Assembly (NCBI GenBank): GCA_021792955.1
Contig: JAJYTP010000003.1
Span: forward strand, 18,037-82,036
Length of the DNA stretch: 64,000 nucleotides
Reading direction: 5' to 3'
Source of the DNA: an archaeon
GTDB taxonomy: Archaea; Thermoproteota; Nitrososphaeria; Conexivisphaerales; UBA164
Shown here: in pieces, positions 38,791 to 47,817 of the stretch
Numbering within the stretch: the first letter of the stretch is position 1
How the letters are laid out: every line of letters begins with the position of its first letter
Notes under the pieces: generated by a model
The model's input: only the letters and a program-made list of their open reading frames with translations
Told to the model about the DNA's origin: nothing
Databases searched by the model: none
Program-made: the position numbers and the translations under genes

Positions 38791-40233
38791 ATGGAAATGC
38801 AAATAATTTTGTTCTACTCGATCGCCCCGCTCGTAATAGCAGGCCTGCTGATTCCACTGCTACGTAACAGGCAATACATCAAAATGAAGGGGATCATAGG
38901 GGCCGCGGCCTTGGTCATAACCCTCGGCATCTGGGCGTATGAGTATTTCTCAGGCGCCATTTCCAGCTGGTTGATCTCCAGTTCCCCCGTGAGCGAACTG
39001 GCGCGCTATTTCCTGCCTGACTGGCTATCCCTTTTGGTTGCCGTTGTAGCTGTTATGGGCGGGCTGTTAGCCCTGCCCCTGGCCAGAAGGCTCACCGGCA
39101 ACCAGACCGTATACATTTCCATCGTGCTGGTAGGCGTGGGCGGGACCATCGTGCTCGCATCAACACTGAACCCATTCCTCATAGTAGCATCGTGGGGACT
39201 GGTATCGGTGGCCAGCTACGCGCTGGCATCTATAGCTAAGGACAGGGATTCGCTTATCAACTCCGTGAAGTACGCCATTATGGGCGCAATCGCGTTTCAG
39301 TTCCTTGTAATAGCTGTCTTCCTGATCTATTCCTCCATTGGGAACCCTTCCGGAGCCCTCCTGTTAGACCTGGGGTTGCTCCTTTTGATGGCGGCCATAG
39401 GTTTCAAGATCGGAATCCCACCATTTCATATGTGGCTGCCGGACCTATACGGATATTCTGAACCTCTTTCGGTAGCCCCGCTGTCCGCCATAATGAAGCT
39501 GGGGCCGATTGCGCTGCTCCTGAGGCTTATGCTTGCCCAGGCGCCGTCCGGGCCTGAAATGGGAGCGCTCCTTGCGGTGTTGGTTGTCCTTTCGATCGTT
39601 GCCATGACGTTCGGCAACGTGACGGCGCTGGTACAGAAGAACATCCAGAGGATGATGGCTTATAGCAGCATGGCTCAGGTTGGATATATGCTGATGGCCA
39701 TCACGGTAGCCTTTGCGTCATTTTCCACCAGAGACTATACATCATTTTACTTTTCAGTGGGCGGACTGCTGATTTACCTGCTTGCCTATTCGGCGTCAAA
39801 AGCTGGGATATTTACGCTAATAAAGGGGGTAAGATCGGGCAGGGAGGTGACGTTAACGGATATCAGGGGACTTTCAGCTACCAATGGGGCGCAGTCAGCT
39901 TCATTTACCATTCTCCTTCTTAACCTGATAGGGCTTCCTCCACTTGTGGGCTTTTGGGGCAAGCTGCTGATCTTTGCATCGGCGGCGAACCCTGAATTGT
40001 CCTTCTTTTATATTGGCGGAGTTCCGTGGTTCGCCCTGATAGGCATAATAAACAGCGTCATATCGGTGTTCTATTATATGAAAATAGTCAGGTCCATGTA
40101 CGGTGATTCCAAGAAGGTGCCTGGCTACGATGCGCCAGTGCGCAGGTTTGAAGGCCTTAATTGGGTGATATTTGCATCCACCATAATAGTAGTTGTTGTA
40201 GGGATAATAGTACCAGTGTTGCTTGTAATTTGA
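38791..40233 (+). CDS. nuoN: NADH-quinone oxidoreductase antiporter-like subunit, NuoN-type
   Basis: 480 aa, polytopic. It has PPFHMWLPDLYGYSEPLSVAPLS and RMMAYSSMAQVGYML. It is the last gene of the cluster. Confidence 0.65.
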   Translation: MEMQIILFYSIAPLVIAGLLIPLLRNRQYIKMKGIIGAAALVITLGIWAYEYFSGAISSWLISSSPVSELARYFLPDWLSLLVAVVAVMGGLLALPLARRLTGNQTVYISIVLVGVGGTIVLASTLNPFLIVASWGLVSVASYALASIAKDRDSLINSVKYAIMGAIAFQFLVIAVFLIYSSIGNPSGALLLDLGLLLLMAAIGFKIGIPPFHMWLPDLYGYSEPLSVAPLSAIMKLGPIALLLRLMLAQAPSGPEMGALLAVLVVLSIVAMTFGNVTALVQKNIQRMMAYSSMAQVGYMLMAITVAFASFSTRDYTSFYFSVGGLLIYLLAYSASKAGIFTLIKGVRSGREVTLTDIRGLSATNGAQSASFTILLLNLIGLPPLVGFWGKLLIFASAANPELSFFYIGGVPWFALIGIINSVISVFYYMKIVRSMYGDSKKVPGYDAPVRRFEGLNWVIFASTIIVVVVGIIVPVLLVI

Positions 40234-40311
40234 TTAGACATTACTAGCAATATTCTAATAGGAATAATAAGATAGGTTTTTATACAATAATGGAATAAGG
40301 GGGGGCTGTAA

Positions 40312-41463
40312 ATGAGGGACAGCACGGAGGCCATTCATGGCCACGGATTTTTCGATGAATCAACTGGTACGTTTATACCACCCATTTTCATGTCAGCTAT
40401 GTTCGAACAGCCGGGGTGGACCAGGAGCACGGAACGCGGCGTTGACCTGAAGTATAGCAGGGAGGAGAACCCATCCGTCTCTTCTCTGGAAAGGATTATG
40501 ACAAAGCTGGAGGGGGCTGAGGACACGCTCGCCTTTTCCAGCGGAATGTCGGCCATCTCCAGCATATATATGTCCAAACTCAAAGCCGGCGCAGCCGCCG
40601 TTGTGATATCCGAAGCATATGCGACTTCTATCAAGCTACTGGAGGATTACAGGAAGTTCGGGGTAGACGTGAGGACGGTCTGGCCAAGCACAGAAGAAAT
40701 AATAGCATCAATCAAGAGGGATGTTGCATTTGTGCTCCTGGAGAGCATGACCAATCCATCCCTTAGGGTATTCAATATAGAAGAAATAGCAAAGGTGGCT
40801 CAAGAAGCTGGCACGGAGCTGATAGTTGATAACACCTTCCTGAGCCCGATCCTGTACAAGCCGCTAGCCCATGGTGCAAGGCTCGTCATAGAAAGCAGTA
40901 CCAAATACCTGAACGGCCATAATGACGCCATAGGCGGGATAGTCTCTGGCAAAAAGGATGAGATCAGAGGGCTCTGGGACTGGAGGCGAAAAATGGGCTC
41001 CATCATGTCACCGCTCACCGCTTACCTTACGAGCAGGGGGCTGAAGACGCTGGAGTTGAGGGTCAAGAGGGAATCCGATAGCGCGCTACGAATAGCCAGA
41101 TGGCTCTCAGAGAGCGGCATGGTAAAGGAGGTCATATATCCCGGGCTTGAAGATAACCCATATCATAAGCTGGCAAAGAAGCAGTTCACAGGATTTGGAG
41201 GGGTCCTTTGCTTTAGGGTCCGGGGTGGAGGAGCTGCTGCCAAGCTTTTGCTGAAGTCAATAAAGTTGATCAAGCCAGCGCCAAGCTTAGGTGGAACCGA
41301 GAGCCTGATAAGCTACCCAATCATTTCGGCCTCCTCCTCGCTGGATCAGGACAGCCGACAGAAGCTGGGGATAACCGACGACCTGCTCCGCCTTTCATTG
41401 GGGGTTGAAGATCCGGAGGACCTTATGGCGGACCTCAAGCAGGCACTGGGTAGGACCGGCTGA
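40312..41463 (+). CDS. PLP-dependent Cys/Met metabolism enzyme (cystathionine gamma-synthase/beta-lyase family)
   Basis: 383 aa. It has VVDNTFLSP and ESSTKYLNGHNDAIGG (the PLP-lysine motif SxTKYxxGH). Confidence 0.8.
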   Translation: MRDSTEAIHGHGFFDESTGTFIPPIFMSAMFEQPGWTRSTERGVDLKYSREENPSVSSLERIMTKLEGAEDTLAFSSGMSAISSIYMSKLKAGAAAVVISEAYATSIKLLEDYRKFGVDVRTVWPSTEEIIASIKRDVAFVLLESMTNPSLRVFNIEEIAKVAQEAGTELIVDNTFLSPILYKPLAHGARLVIESSTKYLNGHNDAIGGIVSGKKDEIRGLWDWRRKMGSIMSPLTAYLTSRGLKTLELRVKRESDSALRIARWLSESGMVKEVIYPGLEDNPYHKLAKKQFTGFGGVLCFRVRGGGAAAKLLLKSIKLIKPAPSLGGTESLISYPIISASSSLDQDSRQKLGITDDLLRLSLGVEDPEDLMADLKQALGRTG

Positions 41464-41689
41464 GCGCCACAGGACTTCCGAACTCCGCATTAAAACCATA
41501 TCATCCTATCTGACAGGACATCATCTTATGACCGAAGTGTACAAGCCTCTATGAGGCCATCCCCCTGTGGGTTCTCCAGCCAGCAGGGAACCTGTTTTGC
41601 GATTCAGCCATACGTTTATGGCGATGTTACATAACAGCGCCATCATTTCCCAAATAAGGGCAGTCGCTTTAATATTTCTTGTTCTATGG

Positions 41690-42127
41690 TCAGGAGCCCT
41701 TCAGGTAGCTGCCATCAATTGTCACCTGAAGCTGATAGCGTGTATCTAGCAGGCTTACAGTGGCCTCCTTCTTGTCCTTATCAAACCTTACTATCCGCGC
41801 TTTCATCCCCTTAAATGGGCCCGTTATGACCTCCACCACCTGCCCTTCGGCGAAGGACATTTCGACCTCCATGGGTTTGATTATGCTCTGAATATCGCTA
41901 ACCTTCATCAGCCCCGGAACGGTGGACCTGACGTTCTTGGTTCCGGTGGACAGGTCGGCGACTACATTTATCCTTTCGGCCTCTATAAGGAGGTATCCCT
42001 TCATTTTGCTTGCATATATTATGGAAAAGATAGGAAGTCCCTTTGTTTTTACCCTTTCAGCTATGCTTTCAGCTATGTTCTTCTCGTGCCCGCCGGCTAC
42101 CTTAAGAACGAATATCTTAGATGCCAT
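41690..42127 (-). CDS. spt5: Transcription elongation factor Spt5 (archaeal NusG)
   Basis: It has MASKIFVLKVAGGHEKNIAESIA (NGN domain) and the KOW GQVVEVITGPFKGMKARIVRFD. I set the start at ATG 42127, 1 nt after the upstream TGA (the track uses GTG 42139). Confidence 0.85.
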   Translation of the reverse strand: MASKIFVLKVAGGHEKNIAESIAERVKTKGLPIFSIIYASKMKGYLLIEAERINVVADLSTGTKNVRSTVPGLMKVSDIQSIIKPMEVEMSFAEGQVVEVITGPFKGMKARIVRFDKDKKEATVSLLDTRYQLQVTIDGSYLKGS

Positions 42128-42128
42128 A

Positions 42129-43091
42129 TCATGCTCCACCTAGTAGGGCTGCCACTAAATGGATAATAAACCCTATCCCGCCGGTCAGCGCTAATGCCAG
42201 GATGACCAGCTTAAGGTAGAGGTTATATTCCTTTTTTGTGGACTTCTTGCTATAAGAGAGGATAGTCATCATGCTCCTTCCCATTTCCTTAACGTTCTCT
42301 GTCCTCCGTATCATAAAGGCTGCGGTACCGCCTACGATCACGGCAACCAGCCCCAGACCGATGTATAATTCAATTGGGTTGCTGTATGCAAATGCGACGT
42401 CAACCGATGCGCCGGCCTGATCAACGGTTACTGAGCCCTTCGAAGGGGTTGGCACAAAATTCTTGTTTACCGATGATATAGTATAATTGTAGGCACCGTT
42501 AGCTTCATTTATGCTTATGGTGGCGTTGTCCGAATAGATGGTATTACCGTTGATGGTCACCGACCAGTTTCCACCGCTTACTAGCCCGGTCTCGCTAAAC
42601 ACTACGGCATATAATACAGGGGTAAATGTGATCGTCTCCTCTACTGGTGTGCCTGTTATGTTGATAGTACCAGATGATGGGGTCGCCGTATAACCTGGTA
42701 TGGAGAGGACGGTAAAGGCATAGGATCCGTTGGCCTCCTGTAATATCGTGCTATCGCTCGTTATGTTGATGATGTTCTCGTTGACGGTTATCTCCCAAGA
42801 AGTGTTAGGCGGTAGCCCAACTTCGGTAAAATTTACTGGGTAATTGGTTAATACGGTCGCAGCCGCAGCCAAATCGGCAGGCATCCCATTAGTCTGGGCA
42901 AGGGAAACGCCGCTAGGATTTCCGCTAAGGGTAAACGACCCCAGTAAGGGGTAAAGGCCTGCTTCAGCATGCTGCAGGCTGGGCCCGCCTGAGCTCTGTG
43001 CCATCATCTGTTGCCCGCCTGCAACGACGATGGCACTTAGCAGGATGAGCATTAGAAGCACTGTAAGCCTTTGGGTGTAATTCGGCTTCAT
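42129..43091 (-). CDS. secE: Secreted tandem-repeat glycoprotein-like domain fused in frame to a SecE/Sec61-gamma-like C-terminus
   Basis: 320 aa. It has an N-terminal anchor LTVLLMLILLSAIVVAGG and two roughly 76-aa repeats (YPVNFTEVGLPPNTSWEITVN... / YAVVFSETGLVSGGNWSVTIN...) rich in NxS/T. Next come the TM LYIGLGLVAVIVGGTAAFMI and SKKSTKKEYNLYLKLVILALALTGGIGFIIHLVAALLGGA, which matches the archaeal SecE pattern. The gene sits in the conserved position upstream of spt5. Confidence 0.6.
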   Translation of the reverse strand: MKPNYTQRLTVLLMLILLSAIVVAGGQQMMAQSSGGPSLQHAEAGLYPLLGSFTLSGNPSGVSLAQTNGMPADLAAAATVLTNYPVNFTEVGLPPNTSWEITVNENIINITSDSTILQEANGSYAFTVLSIPGYTATPSSGTINITGTPVEETITFTPVLYAVVFSETGLVSGGNWSVTINGNTIYSDNATISINEANGAYNYTISSVNKNFVPTPSKGSVTVDQAGASVDVAFAYSNPIELYIGLGLVAVIVGGTAAFMIRRTENVKEMGRSMMTILSYSKKSTKKEYNLYLKLVILALALTGGIGFIIHLVAALLGGA

Positions 43092-43276
43092 ACCACATCA
43101 CACATCCGATAAAGGTAGCGGTAACCCGTCGAGTAGCTGTTAACGTACAGGTTCCCTGTGCATACGGTAAATCTGCAGCCCAATATGGCACCGTTCATTT
43201 TATATCAGCTTATAAATATTCCGAGGAATAAATTTGCCCAATAGAATCTGGCCTTTTTCTCCCGTGCAATAGTGCT

Positions 43277-43966
43277 TCATCTCCCCTTTTCCTTTATCCG
43301 TAGTATACCATCGACTAACCCCTCTACTGCCTTTACCGGGTCAGTGCTCTTCATGACAGCCGATGCCATGGCCGCCCCATCGGCCCCCAACTCAATGGAC
43401 CTGTAGACGTCTTCGCCCGTGACTATACCGGCACCGGCTAGGAGGAACACCTTTCCACCTTGTCTGTTGGCATCCACGGCCCTGGTTATAACTTCGGGTT
43501 TTTCCCTGGATATTGCCCTTCCGGTGCCAATGAGTTCAGGCGGTTCGATCAGGAGCGCCGTTGGCTTGAGAAGCCCGACCGGAGCCACCAGTTCGTACCG
43601 GTCCACGCATACAACGCTTTCCAGCCCGGATTCCTTCATCATATTTATAGCATCCGAAAGTTCGGAGAGCTTCATACTTCTTTCGCTGTGGTTTAGGATT
43701 GATCCCTTGGCGCCGGCCTCCTTTATGAGCTCGGGGATTATGCTCCCCGTGGCAGCCCCGAGGGGCGACGCATCTACATGCTGAGCGAACACCGGTATCG
43801 ATATCTCGTCCGCCAGCCTGCTTATCATGGTCGCCGGCACGGAAATTATTATATCCACTGACCGCTCAAGGCTTATCCTCTCCAAGATGCGGGAGAACTC
43901 TATGGCTCCTTCTCCGTATGAATTTCTATACAGCTTAAAGTTTATCAAAAGTAATGGTGGCTTCAC
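43277..43966 (-). CDS. tpiA: Triosephosphate isomerase, archaeal type
   Basis: 229 aa. It has LLINFKLY, GSILNHSERSMKL, IEPPELIGTG and AGAGIVTGEDV. Confidence 0.85.
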   Translation of the reverse strand: MKPPLLLINFKLYRNSYGEGAIEFSRILERISLERSVDIIISVPATMISRLADEISIPVFAQHVDASPLGAATGSIIPELIKEAGAKGSILNHSERSMKLSELSDAINMMKESGLESVVCVDRYELVAPVGLLKPTALLIEPPELIGTGRAISREKPEVITRAVDANRQGGKVFLLAGAGIVTGEDVYRSIELGADGAAMASAVMKSTDPVKAVEGLVDGILRIKEKGR

Positions 43967-44144
43967 GCTATAGTATAGCTTCTATTGAAAATATGCTTTT
44001 CTGTGACGGGCCATTCATCCTCTCTGCCGACGACCGGCCGTCCTGTGCAGTTCCATGTTATTTTAGAATTCTTATATTTCTGCATAAAAATTAGCGAATA
44101 TCTTATATATATACAAATTAGTTCCGTTAGTAAGGTAAATTATA

Positions 44145-44696
44145 ATGGAAGAAAAGGTAACATTAGAATCCAAGCCCATAGTAAGCAGGTGGGCCAACAG
44201 GTTCATATGGGCATCGATAATACAGGGATTATTCGCAGTGGCATGGACAATTCCCATAGTGCTCCCAAATATCAGCCCCTCGGTAGCGCAGGTTATAGCA
44301 AGCGGTAGTGCGGGGACATGGTTCCTAGTAGGATACACCATGTACATAGTTGTCGGCGTATTCGGCGCCGCGGTTACAGCCCTCTTCTATCACCACCTTG
44401 AGGTTGAAATGAAGAAGACCATCAAGGGATTCTCGAACGCGTTAGCCTGGGTTCATCTTGTGGTGATGAACGTGGGGGCGGCGGCAGTGACATGGGCACT
44501 CATGTTTGCAGGGTATTTCGGTGAGGCCGATCTTATGCCGGTGAGCGAAGGTGGGAAGGGGCTAAATGCTGGTCAGGTTCATGTGATACTATTGTCACAC
44601 TTCATTGATCCTGTTGGAGTGCTTCTAATCATAACAGCACTGGGCGTCCTAGCGGGTGGACTGGTTTTTGTATTGACGTACTTCCGTAAAGAATAA
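44145..44696 (+). CDS. 4-TM membrane protein, paralog A
   Basis: 183 aa. GSAGTWFLVGYTMYIVVGVFGAAVTALFYHHLEVEMKK aligns with GGPGIWLILGYMLNLTVGVIGSGMLSSLIYTIEVHEKR of the next gene. Confidence 0.5.
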   Translation: MEEKVTLESKPIVSRWANRFIWASIIQGLFAVAWTIPIVLPNISPSVAQVIASGSAGTWFLVGYTMYIVVGVFGAAVTALFYHHLEVEMKKTIKGFSNALAWVHLVVMNVGAAAVTWALMFAGYFGEADLMPVSEGGKGLNAGQVHVILLSHFIDPVGVLLIITALGVLAGGLVFVLTYFRKE

Positions 44697-44740
44697 ATCA
44701 TCCACCTCTTTTTTATCAATTATATGCCGGTGTTAAACGG

Positions 44741-45232
44741 TTGACCATATGGTATAGCCTCTTTAGAAACGCCGCTTATTCTTACCTTGGAGGGTTTATA
44801 ATCTGGACGGCCCTATTTATATTACCCTTAAGTCCCTTCACATACCTTCTCCCGATACTGGTGCGCGGGGGGCCAGGGATTTGGTTAATTCTGGGCTATA
44901 TGCTTAACCTTACAGTAGGCGTGATCGGTTCAGGAATGCTGTCATCACTTATATACACCATAGAAGTACATGAAAAACGCGTTATAAATGGAAAGCTCAT
45001 GATTTCCGGATTTACGCTTCTGAACGTGGGCATAATCTCAAGTTGCGTGCTTCTAGCTACGGCCGGTGCGCTTGGGGGGTACGCCATCGATATAGGCGGC
45101 GCATCCGAGCTGGCGGCACAGGGGCTTCTTACGGCGTATGTTTATCCCATCACTATAACCGTCATCACGGCCATAGTGGGGGCAGTCTTAACTCTATCAA
45201 CTATGATCGGTGCAAAGGCGCCTGTAGCTTGA
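44741..45232 (+). CDS. 4-TM membrane protein, paralog B
   Basis: 163 aa with a TTG start (no in-frame ATG nearby). It has the same 4-TM layout and shared motif as 44145-44696. Confidence 0.5.
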   Translation: MTIWYSLFRNAAYSYLGGFIIWTALFILPLSPFTYLLPILVRGGPGIWLILGYMLNLTVGVIGSGMLSSLIYTIEVHEKRVINGKLMISGFTLLNVGIISSCVLLATAGALGGYAIDIGGASELAAQGLLTAYVYPITITVITAIVGAVLTLSTMIGAKAPVA

Positions 45233-46209
45233 TCGGACTGGGAGGGGCATGGCGGAGGAGAAAGGTTTGGCTAATCGCCCTTTTGATGATCCTAATCGTA
45301 TATGCGGCTACTTCGCGGATATCCATAGGGAATGCGAAGTCGCCGGAGCGTCTGGCTCCGTCATCAGGGGCAAATTATTATAGCGGCGGCGCTTCCTGGG
45401 GCGCTGGGCTCGTAGTGCCTGAAGGCTCACGGACAGCAAATGGTGGCAGGGTTGACTGGGCCGATGTGCAAAACGTTTCGGCCCTCTTCCGGCTTCCGGA
45501 CATCAATGAGACCGACGGCACGATTTATATGATAATGTCCCTGATGACTTCAAACGGTTCAATTATCCAAGCTGCAGCAGGCCTGTATCAAAATTCGAGC
45601 TACTGGGGCACTTACGCCATGTACGTAGCCAATCCAGCAAGGCAGGTATACGCGCCGATAATTTCAACCGAAGCCCCCTACATGGTGCCTGGCGACATCA
45701 TATTCATGTCCATATATTTCCTCCCTGATAGCGGTTGGAACCTTCTTCTCCTGGATCTTACAAATGGACTATCGGCCAGTGCATCGTTTGGACCTGGGCT
45801 GCCAGCATCACTAAAGGTAGGGGACCAGTTCGTGTTCGCGCTGGAATCATATACTTCTACCCCTTCCGTATTTGAAAATATGGGCAATGTTACGCTTTAT
45901 GCGCTTCTGATCAATGGGGAGGCGGTTGTGAACGGCAGCTACCTCTACAGCGGGTGGAATAACCTCCGCTATCCGCTGTTCATAGTTGGAGGAGCCAGTG
46001 TGCCGAACTTCATGGCCATGAACCTGACTGCGTCCAGTGGGGTAGTCTGGAGCTACGGGAGCCAGTGGGGTTCCCCATCTTCAGGCCCACCCGCAGGGCT
46101 AGATCTAATTTTCTTGGCACTGGCCGCTGCCGCCGCAGTCAACGTGGTGATATTGGTTCTGCTCATATGGAGCAGGGGTAAGGCTAAAGAGAGGCTTAGC
46201 GTGCGATAA
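45229..46209 (+). CDS. Membrane-anchored extracellular protein, possibly eqolisin (G1) glutamic-peptidase-like beta-sandwich
   Basis: The start is TTG 45229, in a TTGA overlap with the upstream stop. It has an N-terminal anchor WRRRKVWLIALLMILIVYAA and a C-terminal TM LIFLALAAAAAVNVVILVLLIW. The blocks SIIQAAAG, YWGTYAMYVANP, PGDIIFMSIYF, LDLTNGLSAS, QFVFALESY and MGNVTLYAL parallel the G1 family blocks as I recall them. Confidence 0.35.
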   Translation: MIGLGGAWRRRKVWLIALLMILIVYAATSRISIGNAKSPERLAPSSGANYYSGGASWGAGLVVPEGSRTANGGRVDWADVQNVSALFRLPDINETDGTIYMIMSLMTSNGSIIQAAAGLYQNSSYWGTYAMYVANPARQVYAPIISTEAPYMVPGDIIFMSIYFLPDSGWNLLLLDLTNGLSASASFGPGLPASLKVGDQFVFALESYTSTPSVFENMGNVTLYALLINGEAVVNGSYLYSGWNNLRYPLFIVGGASVPNFMAMNLTASSGVVWSYGSQWGSPSSGPPAGLDLIFLALAAAAAVNVVILVLLIWSRGKAKERLSVR

Positions 46210-46245
46210 GGATAAACAAATTAACCGCCTTTCCTGACCAGTGGC

Positions 46246-47415
46246 ATGTCAGTAAGGCGGGCCTACCTGATCAACGCCTTCGCCAATGTATACTTCGCAA
46301 TGATGCTATTCATCCTTGGCATATACGTCATTGCGCTGGGGGGCTCGTCCGTAGCTGTCGGAATCGCCTATGCAGTCTACAATTTGATGATCTTTATTTC
46401 TGGATTGCTGGCCGGCCCAATAATAGACCGTAATATGCTGAAGGCCATCATGTACATCGGGGTTGCAACAATGTTCTCAGGCCTGGTAGGCATGGCCATT
46501 GTCACCTCCATATCCGGCGTATATGTTTCAATAATCCTAATAGGGTTTGGCGCAGGCTTCATAGCCACAGGCCTTCTTGTTTTTGCTAGCCACGCAGGTG
46601 GGCAGGCGGACGCGAACGTTTATGGTAAGCTCATCTCCTATTCTGCCATCGGTTCGGCCATAGGCGGAGGGATAGGGTACCTTATCCTCATATTTGGCGA
46701 GCTCCTATCAAGAGAGCTATTAGGGGTGCGAATGATATTTCTGGCTTATGCGTTCCTTTCGATGATCCCCAATGTCTACCTGATTTGGCGGACCGATATG
46801 GCCTATTCGAAAAGGGAGGAAAAGGGACCTGCAGGAAGGCTGAACCTTAAAGCCATAGGCGGCGCGCTAATGGCTACATCGTTTCAGGCATTGGCCCAGG
46901 GGATAACGTACCCGATGATATTTCCGTTCCTAACTGAGAGATTCCACGCTTCCTTTCTAATCGTAGCTTTAGCTTATGCCCCTTCTGGAGCAGCCTGGCT
47001 GCTGTTCAGCAGGAGGGCAGGATCGCTTCTGAACCGCTATGGAATACACCGCAGGTTTGCCCTCGCTACTATAGTCAGCGCGGTTATAGTGATGATCATA
47101 CCGTTCTCAAACAGTCTGATACTTCTGAGCGCCCTCTGGGCTATTGAGGGGCTTGGGCTTGTCCTGTGGAATGTCGTCATAAATGCGCTCATATCAACGA
47201 TCACCCCGAAGGACGTCTGGGGCAAGTCATACGGCCTGGAGAACGCCACGTATTACCTGCCTTATGCGCTTGGCGCTGTAGTGGGCGGGGTCGTGTTCCT
47301 CTACTATGGCGTTGTAGCTGCATTCTACCTGGGAGCGCTGTTCTTTTTCCTGGCCCCTATTCCGTTCGTACTGAGTTACAATAGGAGGAAGAAGGCCCCT
47401 GCAGTCAATGCATAA
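46246..47415 (+). CDS. Major facilitator superfamily transporter
   Basis: 389 aa with about 12 TM segments in two halves separated by the cytoplasmic loop YSKREEKGPAGRLNLK. Confidence 0.7.
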   Translation: MSVRRAYLINAFANVYFAMMLFILGIYVIALGGSSVAVGIAYAVYNLMIFISGLLAGPIIDRNMLKAIMYIGVATMFSGLVGMAIVTSISGVYVSIILIGFGAGFIATGLLVFASHAGGQADANVYGKLISYSAIGSAIGGGIGYLILIFGELLSRELLGVRMIFLAYAFLSMIPNVYLIWRTDMAYSKREEKGPAGRLNLKAIGGALMATSFQALAQGITYPMIFPFLTERFHASFLIVALAYAPSGAAWLLFSRRAGSLLNRYGIHRRFALATIVSAVIVMIIPFSNSLILLSALWAIEGLGLVLWNVVINALISTITPKDVWGKSYGLENATYYLPYALGAVVGGVVFLYYGVVAAFYLGALFFFLAPIPFVLSYNRRKKAPAVNA

Positions 47416-47449
47416 AGTAAATATCCATAGCCTGGGTAAGCCGGAGCAG

Positions 47450-47809
47450 ATGAGCTTCAGATTTAAGCAGGTTATAGTGGTCAGGACCGATATAGGGATG
47501 GGGAAAGGAAAGGTGGCGGCTCAGGCCGCCCACGCGTCCCTTGGGGCTGCGCTCAAGGTCATGAAAAATAAGAAGGAGTGGTTTGAATCATGGGAGGAGG
47601 AAGGACAGGCAAAGGTTGTCCTGAAAGTGACCGACCTGGATTCCCTGTTTGAACTGAAGGATCGCGCGCTCAAGGACGGGCTACCGGTTCAGGTTGTAGA
47701 GGACAGGGGGCTTACGCAGGTACCCGAGGGCACGGTGACGTGCATCGCTATTGGTCCTGCGCCTTCAGAAAGGATAGATATAATCACCGGGGGCCTTAAG
47801 CTTCTCTAG
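47450..47809 (+). CDS. pth2: Peptidyl-tRNA hydrolase, archaeal Pth2 type
   Basis: It has MSFRFKQVIVVRTDIGMGKGKVAAQAAHAS...VEDRGLTQVPEGTVTCIAIGP. I set the start at the internal ATG, giving the usual length of about 119 aa (the track start is 47408). Confidence 0.85.
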   Translation: MSFRFKQVIVVRTDIGMGKGKVAAQAAHASLGAALKVMKNKKEWFESWEEEGQAKVVLKVTDLDSLFELKDRALKDGLPVQVVEDRGLTQVPEGTVTCIAIGPAPSERIDIITGGLKLL

Positions 47810-47817
47810 TTGGAAAC

